From: a virus
Lineage: Duplodnaviria; Caudoviricetes
Length of the DNA: 64,000 nt
IMG/VR virus record: IMGVR_UViG_3300028887_000080
Span: 32,001-96,000 of that record
Direction: 5' to 3' (one strand)
Every line of letters starts with the position of its first letter. Position 1 is the first letter of the stretch. Under the pieces are notes generated by a model. The model did not search any database. It was not told the origin of the DNA and saw nothing but the letters and a program-made list of their open reading frames with translations. Below, one piece after another: positions 55,017-64,000 of this stretch. Position numbers and translations under genes: made by a program.

Positions 55017-55916
55017 ATGGCAAACAAAGATTCTCTCGGCGACCGTATGAAAGAATACGAGGGTGTGTCGAGATACAAACTGACACGGCGTATGCCCGTT
55101 GTAATCCGCATCGACGGAAAATCATTCCATACATTCACAAGATGGTTCAACAAACCCTATGACGTCGTACTGTCCGACACGATGGGACGCACAATGAAAT
55201 ATCTCTGCGAGAATATTCAGGGATGCGTGTTCGGATACACGCAGTCCGACGAAATCACACTCGTCCTCGTGGACTATGAGAAACTGAACACCGCTGCGTG
55301 GTTCGACAACACAGCGCAGAAGATGTGCAGCATCGCCGCTTCTATGGCGACGATGGCGTTCAACAAGTTCTTCGGCGAGGAGGTCGGCAGGTTCTCAAGC
55401 AAAGTGTCCGACCCGCAATGGTATGACTATTACGGACTGCACCGCCTTGACGGAGGTATAGACCAAGAGCGAATCGCCAAACTCAATGTCACATACCGAA
55501 AGGCATACGAACGAGGAGCGATGTTCGACGCAAGGGTGTTCAACGTCCCGAAGGAAGATGTGACCAACTGCGTCCTGTGGAGGCAGCAGGACGCGACCCG
55601 CAACAGCATTGAGATGCTCGGACGCGCATTTTTCACGCACAATCAGTTGTTCAAGAAAAACTGCTCCGACATTCAGGATATGCTGATGACTTGGCACAAC
55701 ATCAACTGGAACGACGTTGACACGCGCTTCAAGCGCGGGTTTTCCTGCATAAGGAAAGAAATGGAGGTTTCTATGCCCGACACCTCAACCGCTTCGCCAA
55801 CGGCAACCGCATCCTGCGGAAAGACGACACGACGAGTGTGGGTGTTGGATATGGAGATGCCGATTATCACGCAGGACAGGGACTATATCGACAAACTTGT
55901 TTTCATCGGGGAATGA
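55017..55916 (+). CDS. tRNA(His) guanylyltransferase Thg1-like protein (3'-5' polymerase)
   Basis: DRMKEYE, IRIDGKSFH.FT, GYTQSDEI, QKM.S..AS, FDARV, WRQ.DATRNS. Confidence 0.93.
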   Translation: MANKDSLGDRMKEYEGVSRYKLTRRMPVVIRIDGKSFHTFTRWFNKPYDVVLSDTMGRTMKYLCENIQGCVFGYTQSDEITLVLVDYEKLNTAAWFDNTAQKMCSIAASMATMAFNKFFGEEVGRFSSKVSDPQWYDYYGLHRLDGGIDQERIAKLNVTYRKAYERGAMFDARVFNVPKEDVTNCVLWRQQDATRNSIEMLGRAFFTHNQLFKKNCSDIQDMLMTWHNINWNDVDTRFKRGFSCIRKEMEVSMPDTSTASPTATASCGKTTRRVWVLDMEMPIITQDRDYIDKLVFIGE

Positions 55917-56326
55917 GACTGACGGAAAGCAAAATCGTGGATGATATTAGGAGGGACGTCATCAAGGTGACGTTCGCTGTCGACGTGAAGGACAGGAGCG
56001 TCATAGATGAGCAATTCATACTCGGAAAGTACCCGTTCAACCTGTATTCCGAATACGACCCTGTTGAAAAGCGCAGGTATCTCGAAGCGTGCTTCATTTT
56101 CGACGTGAAGGGGTATGAACTCGCGGTTCCCGTCGGAAAGGGCGGTCTTTACAGAATGCGCGGGGAAGTCTATCCGAACCACGCCTGCACAGACGAGTGG
56201 TTAATCGAGGGGAGCAGGGCGGTGAACTTTATGTCATTCCTGCGGAAATCGAAAGGCACCACCTATCTGCGCATAATAAAGAACGACGGAAACCTTGAGT
56301 TTACATTGAACGGCGGTTTATATTGA
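55913..56326 (+). CDS. Hypothetical protein
   Basis: ATGA-coupled to the Thg1-like gene. Confidence 0.6.
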   Translation: MRLTESKIVDDIRRDVIKVTFAVDVKDRSVIDEQFILGKYPFNLYSEYDPVEKRRYLEACFIFDVKGYELAVPVGKGGLYRMRGEVYPNHACTDEWLIEGSRAVNFMSFLRKSKGTTYLRIIKNDGNLEFTLNGGLY

Positions 56327-56333
56327 AATTGAT

Positions 56334-56834
56334 ATGGCAAGACTTACGGACTCGGAAAATATCCGCGACATCCTCTGCGCGGAAACGCAGTACACCGAAC
56401 TGAAGTCGGAGTTCTACAAACGTGTTGTGAACAGTCACTTCAGGGATGTTATGTCCTATGTGAAGGACAGTCGGAACCGCAGGTTGGTGGATGAACTGTA
56501 TGGGGAACTGAAAGACCTGTGTTCCGCCTATGTCGGTGTGAACGGTATGGGGCGGAAGTTCGGACTCCTGTTCTACGACGATGGTTTCGGGAACGCAACT
56601 ATGGAGAGCGTGTTCGCATACCACGTCATCGCCAATGTCTGCATCATCCCCAAAAAGAAAGGTCACTACAACGAAACTTCGTTGAAGTCGGCGATGAAGT
56701 CCGACGTGCGGATTTTCGATGCCACACTGACGCGCTTGGTGAATTGGTACAAGAGGTGCGAACAGGAGTATTTCAGATGCGAGTGCACGGACATCGACGG
56801 CAACTTCTACCTGTTCGATGACTACTGCTTCTAA
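56334..56834 (+). CDS. Hypothetical protein
   Basis: Operon continuity. Confidence 0.6.
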   Translation: MARLTDSENIRDILCAETQYTELKSEFYKRVVNSHFRDVMSYVKDSRNRRLVDELYGELKDLCSAYVGVNGMGRKFGLLFYDDGFGNATMESVFAYHVIANVCIIPKKKGHYNETSLKSAMKSDVRIFDATLTRLVNWYKRCEQEYFRCECTDIDGNFYLFDDYCF

Positions 56835-56837
56835 AAC

Positions 56838-56869
56838 AAAAAACGCAGGGTTTGACGCCTGCGTTTTTT
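56838..56869. terminator. Bidirectional terminator
   Basis: aaaaacgcagg-gtttgacg-cctgcgttttt. Confidence 0.75.
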
Positions 56870-56976
56870 GTTTTGTTGATGTGTTCTGCTACCGCTTCAA
56901 CCACCGTGACATTGAAAGTGTTTGAAAACACTTGGTTTGGTTAGTGGTTCAATGGGTTGCAGCGTGAAGTTAATTA

Positions 56977-57558
56977 TTACTTTTGCTTTATCAAGCGAAC
57001 GGATACGTCAGCAGCATAAGGTTCATCTATGTCGTAAATTGCGCTAAACCCAGTTGATTTGTCATTGTTTCTAAATTCAAATGTATAAAACAAATATGCG
57101 TCTTTGCCATTTTTTCTGTATTTTTCAAATGTTGTTGTTAAATAAGTTGCAATTTCATCTTTATGAGGTTCATCTGCGGGTAAAAACAGCACGCCTCTAA
57201 AATCATTGGTATAAAAATACCGGCCATATCTTTCTATTATTGTTTTCTCGCCGTTCCATTCTACATAATCAAATGCAAACTTGCCCCAAATAGAATTGCA
57301 TTTCATAAGTTCTTCAAAGTTGCTCTTTGTTGGTAAATCTTCTTTTTTATAGCTGTTCATCGCCATATCATAAGTGATTGTTGAACCATAATACGGGTCA
57401 TATCCTTTTTTTTGTGAGAACTCTGGTTCATTTGTATTTTTCCAAAGCACAGTCCCTCCCATATCAACCCATTCCGAGTTGCTTTTAACTATATTTTCCA
57501 ATTTTGATATTAAATCATATTGTTTTGACATTTCGTCAATTCTCATTATATGTGCCAT
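56977..57558 (-). CDS. Late protein with capsid-targeting-like N-terminus and Bacteroidetes 'VDLG..W' (FISUMP/DUF1566-like) domain
   Basis: MAHIMRIDEMS; WVDMG..VLW..TN, LPT...FEEL, LFLPA, SVRL. Confidence 0.6.
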   Translation of the reverse strand: MAHIMRIDEMSKQYDLISKLENIVKSNSEWVDMGGTVLWKNTNEPEFSQKKGYDPYYGSTITYDMAMNSYKKEDLPTKSNFEELMKCNSIWGKFAFDYVEWNGEKTIIERYGRYFYTNDFRGVLFLPADEPHKDEIATYLTTTFEKYRKNGKDAYLFYTFEFRNNDKSTGFSAIYDIDEPYAADVSVRLIKQK

Positions 57559-57651
57559 AGGTTCAAATTTATATTTCCATTATTTATACGACAAAAAAAC
57601 AAACCCCGCGATTGCTCACGGGGTTTGCGGGTTTCCCATTCCGGCGGTCTG

Positions 57652-58206
57652 TTAGAGACCGATGAGTTGTTCGTCCCAATAGTCGCAGCGGAAAGTGAGT
57701 TGCGCCTCGGTTGCGTCGCTTGACGAATAGTCGAGGTCACCGCCGACCTGCAACTGACCTGTCGGGAACACGTCCTTGCAGATGATTTTGCGGTAGATGC
57801 TGCCGTCACGGTTGTACTGCACGATAATCATACTGCCGACGTACTGCGATTTCATTCCGCTCATACCTGTGAGGGGGTTCCAAATCACGTTGCACCATTT
57901 TCTCAATGTGGTGTAGATGTAGTTTTCGTTCGAGTCGTTCAAGTTCATAGTGAAAGTGACCTGCAAGTCCAAAGTGGTCTTGTCAGGGAACCCTGCGTAT
58001 GAACGCGTCGCCTGTTTGAATTTCTGTTCTGTCGTTGAAACCGACGGGTTGAGCCCGTCAAGTCCAGACACTTGTTTGACGTGTTCAAGCAGAAGAGCTT
58101 GGTCGCCTCCTGTCGGAGGGAATATCGTGACCTCGAACAATGCCTTGTAGACAGGTTCCCAATGTCTTGTACTTGGTACAGAGTTACTATAATGTGGTAA
58201 TGCCAT
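57652..58206 (-). CDS. Tail tube protein (T4 gp19-like)
   Basis: EP.Y..LFEV, RSYAG, TF..N, LRKW...I.NP.TG, YNRDG, VFP, LDYS, FRCDYW. Confidence 0.88.
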   Translation of the reverse strand: MALPHYSNSVPSTRHWEPVYKALFEVTIFPPTGGDQALLLEHVKQVSGLDGLNPSVSTTEQKFKQATRSYAGFPDKTTLDLQVTFTMNLNDSNENYIYTTLRKWCNVIWNPLTGMSGMKSQYVGSMIIVQYNRDGSIYRKIICKDVFPTGQLQVGGDLDYSSSDATEAQLTFRCDYWDEQLIGL

Positions 58207-58307
58207 AATCCATTTATATATTTTTCGGTTGGAACGCCTGTGTGGATTTCGTTCCGTTATTATTTATATGAGGTGTTTTTTTGTTCCATTTTTTTGTTAT
58301 ATTAAAT

Positions 58308-59599
58308 CGGAATTATCCCTTTTAGTCTTGTAAAAATGTGAGTGATATAAATATAGTACAGTATTTCAATCAGATGGAAAGAACGTACACATACAAGTTC
58401 AGGTTGTATCCGAACAAGGAGCAAGAGATTTATCTTGCCAATGTATTTGGATGTTGCAGACTTGTGTACAACCATTTCCTTGATGAGAAGAAACAACAAT
58501 ATGAAGAAACAAAAACAAGTGATTCATACAATGTTCAATCAGGTAAACTGACACTACTCCGCAAGACTGATGGGTATGAGTTTCTAAAAAATGTTCCTTT
58601 ACAAGTTTTGCAGTGTAGTTTACGAAATATGCACACTGCATACGAGAATTTTTATAAACACAGAAGTTCCTATCCGAAGTTCAAGAACAGAAGGGACAGA
58701 CAGTCGTTCAAACTACCACAGGAGCAATCCTTCAAAATAAAAGATAACAAACTTTACATCCCAAAACTAAAAAGCGGGATTGACATTGTAATGGAACGTG
58801 GGATTGTAGGCAAAATTTGCTTTGTAACCATCTCAAAAAACAAGGCAGGCAGATACCACATAGCAATTACTGTTAAACAGGATTACATACCTTATGGAAA
58901 GACCAATCGTTCAGTCGGTCTTGACCTCGGCATAAAGGATTTCGTCATCACAAGTGACGGAATGAAATACAAGAACCACAGGAGCATAATCAGGACATTA
59001 AAACGCAAACTAAAACATAACCAAAGGCATCTGTCAAGAAAGATACACGGAAGCAAGAGATACGAAAACCAAGTGTTGAAATGCAACCGAATCTATCAGA
59101 AGATAACAGATGTCAAGACCGATTACATACACAAAATCACTAATGAACTTGTCAGAAACTATGATGTGATAAAGGTTGAAGATTTGAACATCAGAGGGAT
59201 GATGAAGAACCACAAGTTGGCAGAGGCAATATCAGAATGTAATTGGTATCAGTTCATACAGACGCTTGAATACAAGTGCTTGTGGAATGAAAAGGAACTT
59301 ATAAAGATAGACCGTTTCTATCCGTCAAGTCAGATGTGCAGTGAATGTGGTTATGTTGAGAAAAAAGTCAGAAACCTAAATGTAAGGGAATGGACTTGCT
59401 GCAACTGCGGTTGTCATCACGACAGGGATGTCAATGCGGCAAGGAACATTTTGAAATATAATTCGGTGAGGAACACCGAAAACAGTCGTGGAGTTGTGAA
59501 ACAACTGAATGAAAAACCTAATTTGATTAGTGATTGTTCGGACAACTGTGAAGCGACTATTGAACTTGATAATTTACAAGATTAAAAGGGATAATTCCG
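58308..59599 (+). mobile_element. TIR-bounded non-autonomous transposon carrying tnpB (27-bp TIRs, 8-bp TSD TATTAAAT)
   Basis: Left TIR 58308-58334 and right TIR 59573-59599 (26/27 match); tattaaat at 58300-58307 and 59600-59607. Confidence 0.88.
58374..59585 (+). CDS. tnpB: RNA-guided endonuclease TnpB (IS200/IS605 type), RuvC triad intact
   Basis: YKFRLYPN.EQ, FGCCR.VYN, VGLDLGIK, VEDLN, PSSQMCSECG, WTC..CG..HDRDVNAARNI. Confidence 0.95.
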   Translation: MERTYTYKFRLYPNKEQEIYLANVFGCCRLVYNHFLDEKKQQYEETKTSDSYNVQSGKLTLLRKTDGYEFLKNVPLQVLQCSLRNMHTAYENFYKHRSSYPKFKNRRDRQSFKLPQEQSFKIKDNKLYIPKLKSGIDIVMERGIVGKICFVTISKNKAGRYHIAITVKQDYIPYGKTNRSVGLDLGIKDFVITSDGMKYKNHRSIIRTLKRKLKHNQRHLSRKIHGSKRYENQVLKCNRIYQKITDVKTDYIHKITNELVRNYDVIKVEDLNIRGMMKNHKLAEAISECNWYQFIQTLEYKCLWNEKELIKIDRFYPSSQMCSECGYVEKKVRNLNVREWTCCNCGCHHDRDVNAARNILKYNSVRNTENSRGVVKQLNEKPNLISDCSDNCEATIELDNLQD

Positions 59600-59618
59600 T
59601 ATTAAATAAATACGAAGT

Positions 59619-61514
59619 ATGGACAAATCGGAACTTTACAGCATAATCTTGGAGGACAGGCACATTCAGGAGAATAAATTCAGGATTGAGTATCCTGAAT
59701 TTTATGCAGAATTGTGCGATATTGAATTTCCTGAAGGTTTCACGTTCAGACAGAAACTTTACCATTACTTCAACGATGACATATCGTTTGGGCTTGGTGT
59801 ATGCGAATGCGGCAATCGCTGCGAGTTCATCTCGTTGAACGAAGGTTACAAGGCGCATTGTTCAAGGAGTTGTGCCACGAAGTCCTTGTCCGTGAAAGAG
59901 AAAAGAAAAAAAACCTGCCTTGAAAAATATGGGGTCGAGCACGAATCCAAATGCGAGGTGATAAAGGAAAAGAAACGGGAGACCTGCAAGTCGCATTACG
60001 GGGTTGAATATCCTATGCAGTCGGATGAGGTCAGAAAGAAATCAATGGAAACAAACATCGCCAATATGGGTGTTGCGTGTCCGTTTGAATCCGAAACGGT
60101 GAAGGAAAAGTCAAGAGAGACCTGTATGTCGAAATATGGCGTGGAACACCATTCAAAATCAGAGGAGATAAAAGAAAAGAAACGGAAGACGTCTATGGAA
60201 CATTATGGCGTGGACTGCCCGTTGAAATCGGATGAAGTGAAGGGAAGGATAAAGGAAACGGTTAAAGAGAAATACGGCGTGGAATACGTTATGCAGTCGG
60301 AGGATGTGAAAGGGCGTGCAAGGAAAACCAACCTTGAGCGATATGGAACCGACTGTGTCTTGAAACTTGACAGCACAAAGGAGAAAGCAAAAAGAACAAG
60401 TATTGAAAAATACGGGGTTGAACATCCTATGCAGTCGGAGGATGTGAAACGGAAAGTTTCGTCCACTTGCAAGAAACACTATGGCGTCGATTATCCCATA
60501 CAGTCGGACATAATAAAGGAAAGGACAAAGCATACCAACATTGAGAGATATGGTGTTGAATACGCAACGCAATCGGAGGAGTTCAAAAAGAAACTTATTG
60601 AAACGAACATTGAAAAATACGGTGTGCCGTACACCTGTATGCTCGATGGCGTCCGCAGACATTCAAACGATTCCAAACCGAACTTGAATTTCGCCGAACT
60701 TCTGTCGGAAAACGGGATTGGATACGAGCGCGAGTTTTCTGTCGGGAAATATGTATATGACTTCAAGGTCGGGGACACGCTTGTTGAAATCAACCCGACA
60801 ATCACGCACAATTCGTTTCTTGACATATTCGGCGGGAATGCAAAGGACAGGAAGTATCATTTTGATAAAACGTCGGTTGCTGCGGAAAACGGTTACCGTT
60901 GCATACACGTTTGGGATTGGGACGACTCCGCGAAGATAGTGAATATGCTGAAACCGAAGGAAACGCTATATGCAAGGAAACTGTCGGTGGCGGAGGTGAA
61001 CCCTGTGGAAGCGGACGTTTTCCTGTCAAAGCATCATATACAGGGAACCTGCAAGGGTATGTGCGTGTGCGTCGGACTTTATTTGGACGGCGCGATTGTC
61101 GAGATTATGGCTTTCGGGAAACCGAGATACAACAGGAAATGCGAATGGGAACTTCTGCGCCTGTGCACCGACGGCAACTATATCGTTGTCGGCGGGGCGG
61201 AGCGGTTGTTCTCGCACGCAGTCCGCGAGTACGGTATGCACAGCGTGGTGTCATATTGCGACAATTCAAAGTTCACAGGTGATGTGTATGCAAGACTCGG
61301 TTTCAAAAAAACTTCTTTTTCTTTCGGAAAGCATTGGTTCTGCAAAAAGGACAAACGCAGCCACATAACCGACAATATGCTTCGGCAGCGCGGGTTCGAC
61401 CAACTGTTCGGAACCGACTACGGAAAGGGCACGAGCAACGAAACCCTTATGCTTGAGCGGGGATTCCTTCCTGTGTACGACGCAGGTCAATACACCTTCC
61501 TGTGGACGGCATAG
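59619..61514 (+). CDS. Hef-like repeat nuclease paralog 4 (11 YG repeats)
   Basis: Same architecture as 1016..2998. Confidence 0.7.
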   Translation: MDKSELYSIILEDRHIQENKFRIEYPEFYAELCDIEFPEGFTFRQKLYHYFNDDISFGLGVCECGNRCEFISLNEGYKAHCSRSCATKSLSVKEKRKKTCLEKYGVEHESKCEVIKEKKRETCKSHYGVEYPMQSDEVRKKSMETNIANMGVACPFESETVKEKSRETCMSKYGVEHHSKSEEIKEKKRKTSMEHYGVDCPLKSDEVKGRIKETVKEKYGVEYVMQSEDVKGRARKTNLERYGTDCVLKLDSTKEKAKRTSIEKYGVEHPMQSEDVKRKVSSTCKKHYGVDYPIQSDIIKERTKHTNIERYGVEYATQSEEFKKKLIETNIEKYGVPYTCMLDGVRRHSNDSKPNLNFAELLSENGIGYEREFSVGKYVYDFKVGDTLVEINPTITHNSFLDIFGGNAKDRKYHFDKTSVAAENGYRCIHVWDWDDSAKIVNMLKPKETLYARKLSVAEVNPVEADVFLSKHHIQGTCKGMCVCVGLYLDGAIVEIMAFGKPRYNRKCEWELLRLCTDGNYIVVGGAERLFSHAVREYGMHSVVSYCDNSKFTGDVYARLGFKKTSFSFGKHWFCKKDKRSHITDNMLRQRGFDQLFGTDYGKGTSNETLMLERGFLPVYDAGQYTFLWTA

Positions 61515-61637
61515 TGGCTTTCCCGCGGTTGCCATTTTCTGAAACCCGTGCAAAAACATTCGTTATAAATATATTCCAGAGCAATGCCGTTTTTACAATG
61601 GCATTCTGGACTGAAAGAAAAATATTTTGCGCGAAAT

Positions 61638-63677
61638 ATGAAATCGAAAAACAAAACATTATTGATTGTCGAGCAGGCGATGAGCGACCTCAAAATGTCG
61701 AACAGCGGTTCCGATGTCATTTATCTTGAAGGCATATTCACGGAGTTCAAAGTAAGGAACCGCAATGGTCGCATATACGAGGCGTCGGATTTCATCCCGA
61801 AGATGAACGAACTGCTCCCGAAAATCGAGGGTCACACCCTTCTCGGAGAACTCGACCATCCTGTCAATTTCGACGTTTCCCTAAAGAACGCTTCACACGT
61901 CATCGAGAAATTGGAATACGATGAAAAGAACGACAGGGTAATCGGAAAAATCCGTCTTTTGAACACAGACGCTGGAAAGCAGGCACAGGCACTTGTCCGT
62001 GACGGCATTCCGTTGCACATCTCGTCCCGTGCCGCAGGTCAAATCAACCCGCAGACGGGTCGTGTGACGCTTGAAAAACTTTTCACATACGACCTTGTAG
62101 CCGACCCTGGTTTCGAGAACGCCGAACTCAAGCGTGTGAACGAAGCATACGGTTTCGGCAATATGGACAACGTTTACATCTATGAATGCGACTATGTTTC
62201 AGAAGAGGAAGCAACAGGTATAAATAAAGACAATAATAAAGTGAACAATATGAACATCAACGAATCCAAAACGCTCAATGTCGAGGACTTCCAAAAATAT
62301 ACCGAATACATTGCAGGCGTAATCGAAAATGTCAAAAAGAGCATCAATGAACTCAAGAACACGATTTCTGTGAACGAGAGTGTAAACGGAAAAATCGGAA
62401 AACCGAACGGAACGTTTGCCGACACCAAACAACTCGGCGAATATGTCAATTATCTCGCTGAACAACTTCAAAAGGTGAGCGACCACAGCGACTATCTCGC
62501 AAATGAACTCGAAAAAAGCAACCGCCACAACGACTATCTTGCAGAGAATCTCGAAAACGCAATCAACTACGGAAATTATCTTGCAGAAAAACTCGACGGA
62601 AACATCAGCCACAACGATTATCTTGCAGAGCAGTTGCAGAAAGTTGCAGACCACAGCGACTACCTCGCAGAGACGGTTCAGAAAACCGCCGACCACAGCG
62701 ACTACCTCGCAGAACAACTCGAAAAGGGAATCGCATATTCCGAATATGTTGCAGAAAAAGTGGCGACAACGGCGGATTATGCCGACTATCTTGCCGAAAA
62801 TGTGGAAAAGAGTATGAATTACAGCGAATATCTTGCGGAGGAATTGCAGAAAACCGCCGACCACAGCGACTACCTCGCAGAACAACTCGAACGCAACTAT
62901 GCACACAACGACTATCTCGCAGAGAAACTCAACGAGAATTATGCACACAACGACTATCTCGCAGAGAAACTCAACGAGAATTTCGACAGAACCGACAGCA
63001 TTGTGGAAAGTATGCAGCAGAACGGAATGCTTGTTGTGGAAAACAAAGCTGCATTGCAGGGAGGCGCAATCAATGAAAGCAGCGATTCTTTTGCAGCAAA
63101 CAAGTCTGTGGAAGAAACACGCAATGCGGCAGCACAAATCCGCAAGGGAATCAAATCGAACGATGAATACAAATCGTCAATCACTGAAAAAATCGACGCG
63201 CTTATCAACAAGCACAGCGGTCAGGTGAAACCCGACAATTTCCTCAACTTCCTCTCCGAAGGACGCAGAAACGAGTTCGAGTCGCTTGACGAAAACACAA
63301 AAGCCGTAATCACCGTCGCTATGAACACGGCAAATGTCGGTAACGAAGAACAGGCAAATGTTGTGTGGAAGAGCGTCTATGAGTCAAAGAAAGGTCTTGA
63401 CCTTGTCGAGAATATGCCAGCTGTCTACCGTGACAAATGGAATGGGCTTTCAGACAAGAGAAAACAGGAAATCCTGAACGAGTCCAAATTCTACAAAATC
63501 AACACGACCAACGAAATCGAATACTTCTGGTCAACCCGCGACCTCCGCGACAACACAATGGTTGTGGAACGCGTCGACACCGATTCGGCAAGAATGTGGT
63601 CGGAAGACAAAAAGCAGCAGGATGACCGTATCAGCAGCATCCTCGGACGCACAAAGAGAGGTATCTTGGGTTTCTAA
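61638..63677 (+). CDS. Prohead protease (T4 gp21-like) fused to a scaffold-like 14-aa repeat coiled coil
   Basis: LEGIF...NRNGRIY, LGELDHP, SHVI, T.AGK, ISSRAAG, TYDLVADPG; 13 repeats of xHxDYLAExL. Confidence 0.92.
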   Translation: MKSKNKTLLIVEQAMSDLKMSNSGSDVIYLEGIFTEFKVRNRNGRIYEASDFIPKMNELLPKIEGHTLLGELDHPVNFDVSLKNASHVIEKLEYDEKNDRVIGKIRLLNTDAGKQAQALVRDGIPLHISSRAAGQINPQTGRVTLEKLFTYDLVADPGFENAELKRVNEAYGFGNMDNVYIYECDYVSEEEATGINKDNNKVNNMNINESKTLNVEDFQKYTEYIAGVIENVKKSINELKNTISVNESVNGKIGKPNGTFADTKQLGEYVNYLAEQLQKVSDHSDYLANELEKSNRHNDYLAENLENAINYGNYLAEKLDGNISHNDYLAEQLQKVADHSDYLAETVQKTADHSDYLAEQLEKGIAYSEYVAEKVATTADYADYLAENVEKSMNYSEYLAEELQKTADHSDYLAEQLERNYAHNDYLAEKLNENYAHNDYLAEKLNENFDRTDSIVESMQQNGMLVVENKAALQGGAINESSDSFAANKSVEETRNAAAQIRKGIKSNDEYKSSITEKIDALINKHSGQVKPDNFLNFLSEGRRNEFESLDENTKAVITVAMNTANVGNEEQANVVWKSVYESKKGLDLVENMPAVYRDKWNGLSDKRKQEILNESKFYKINTTNEIEYFWSTRDLRDNTMVVERVDTDSARMWSEDKKQQDDRISSILGRTKRGILGF

Positions 63678-63722
63678 TCCCCTGACGCCTTCCTGTTTTG
63701 AAGAATATACCGCTTACAGGAA

Positions 63723-64000
63723 ATGACCGAACTAATCATAGCATTCTCAAGTCTCATAGCAGTAATACTTGGAACTGGCGGTGTTCTTTTCCACAAACAG
63801 AACAAACGCCTCAAAGCGGCGGAAGCGGAAGCGGCGGAAAAGGCGGTGATTGCAAAGGACTTGGAAAACCAAAAGACCGCAAGTGACGAATGGATACGCC
63901 TCTACAATGAGACAAAGGACGAATTGAACGATTGCAGAAAAAAGATGAGCGAATTGCAGAATAAACTCTATATGGCAATCGAAGTCGAGGCACAGCAGAG
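63723..64000 (+). CDS. Membrane-anchored coiled-coil protein (possible holin-like), 3'-truncated
   Basis: Open frame MTELIIAFSSLIAVILGTGGVLF... followed by coiled coil running off the window. Confidence 0.5.
   Translation, partial: MTELIIAFSSLIAVILGTGGVLFHKQNKRLKAAEAEAAEKAVIAKDLENQKTASDEWIRLYNETKDELNDCRKKMSELQNKLYMAIEVEAQQ

Overview
The window is a 64-kb segment of a large T4-like (myoviral) jumbo phage using the standard genetic code. A Bacteroidales host is likely, from a TAnnTTTG promoter, a boxA element and AT-rich leaders without Shine-Dalgarno sites. Morphogenesis genes are dispersed: tail sheath, major capsid protein, gp14-like neck, tail tube and a prohead protease-scaffold fusion. 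Other genes include a gp55-like late sigma factor with many TATAAATA late promoters, an amidase endolysin, four repeat-rich Hef-like nucleases, a MoxR-AAA/metallopeptidase/vWA operon, a radical SAM + 'FETNSSS' cassette, a Thg1-like protein and a 2H phosphoesterase. An ~8-kb minus-strand operon holds ~32 tRNA or tRNA-like genes. The most notable observations are: (1) seven small covarying hairpin RNAs in the tRNA operon, five displaying anticodon stem-loop mimics (Asn, Lys, Tyr, Trp, Pro); (2) many tRNA spacers that are self-closed structured RNAs of 75-420 nt, plus tRNAs with anticodon-loop insertions; (3) an intact tnpB bounded by 27-bp terminal inverted repeats and an 8-bp target duplication, a DDE/IS1595-like architecture, plus a separate tnpB-less omegaRNA mini-element; (4) a 19-bp palindrome GATATATC-N3-GATATATC recurring every few kb; (5) late proteins with T4-like capsid-targeting N-termini, suggesting injected cargo. 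All assignments come from manual motif reading, and no database searches were run.
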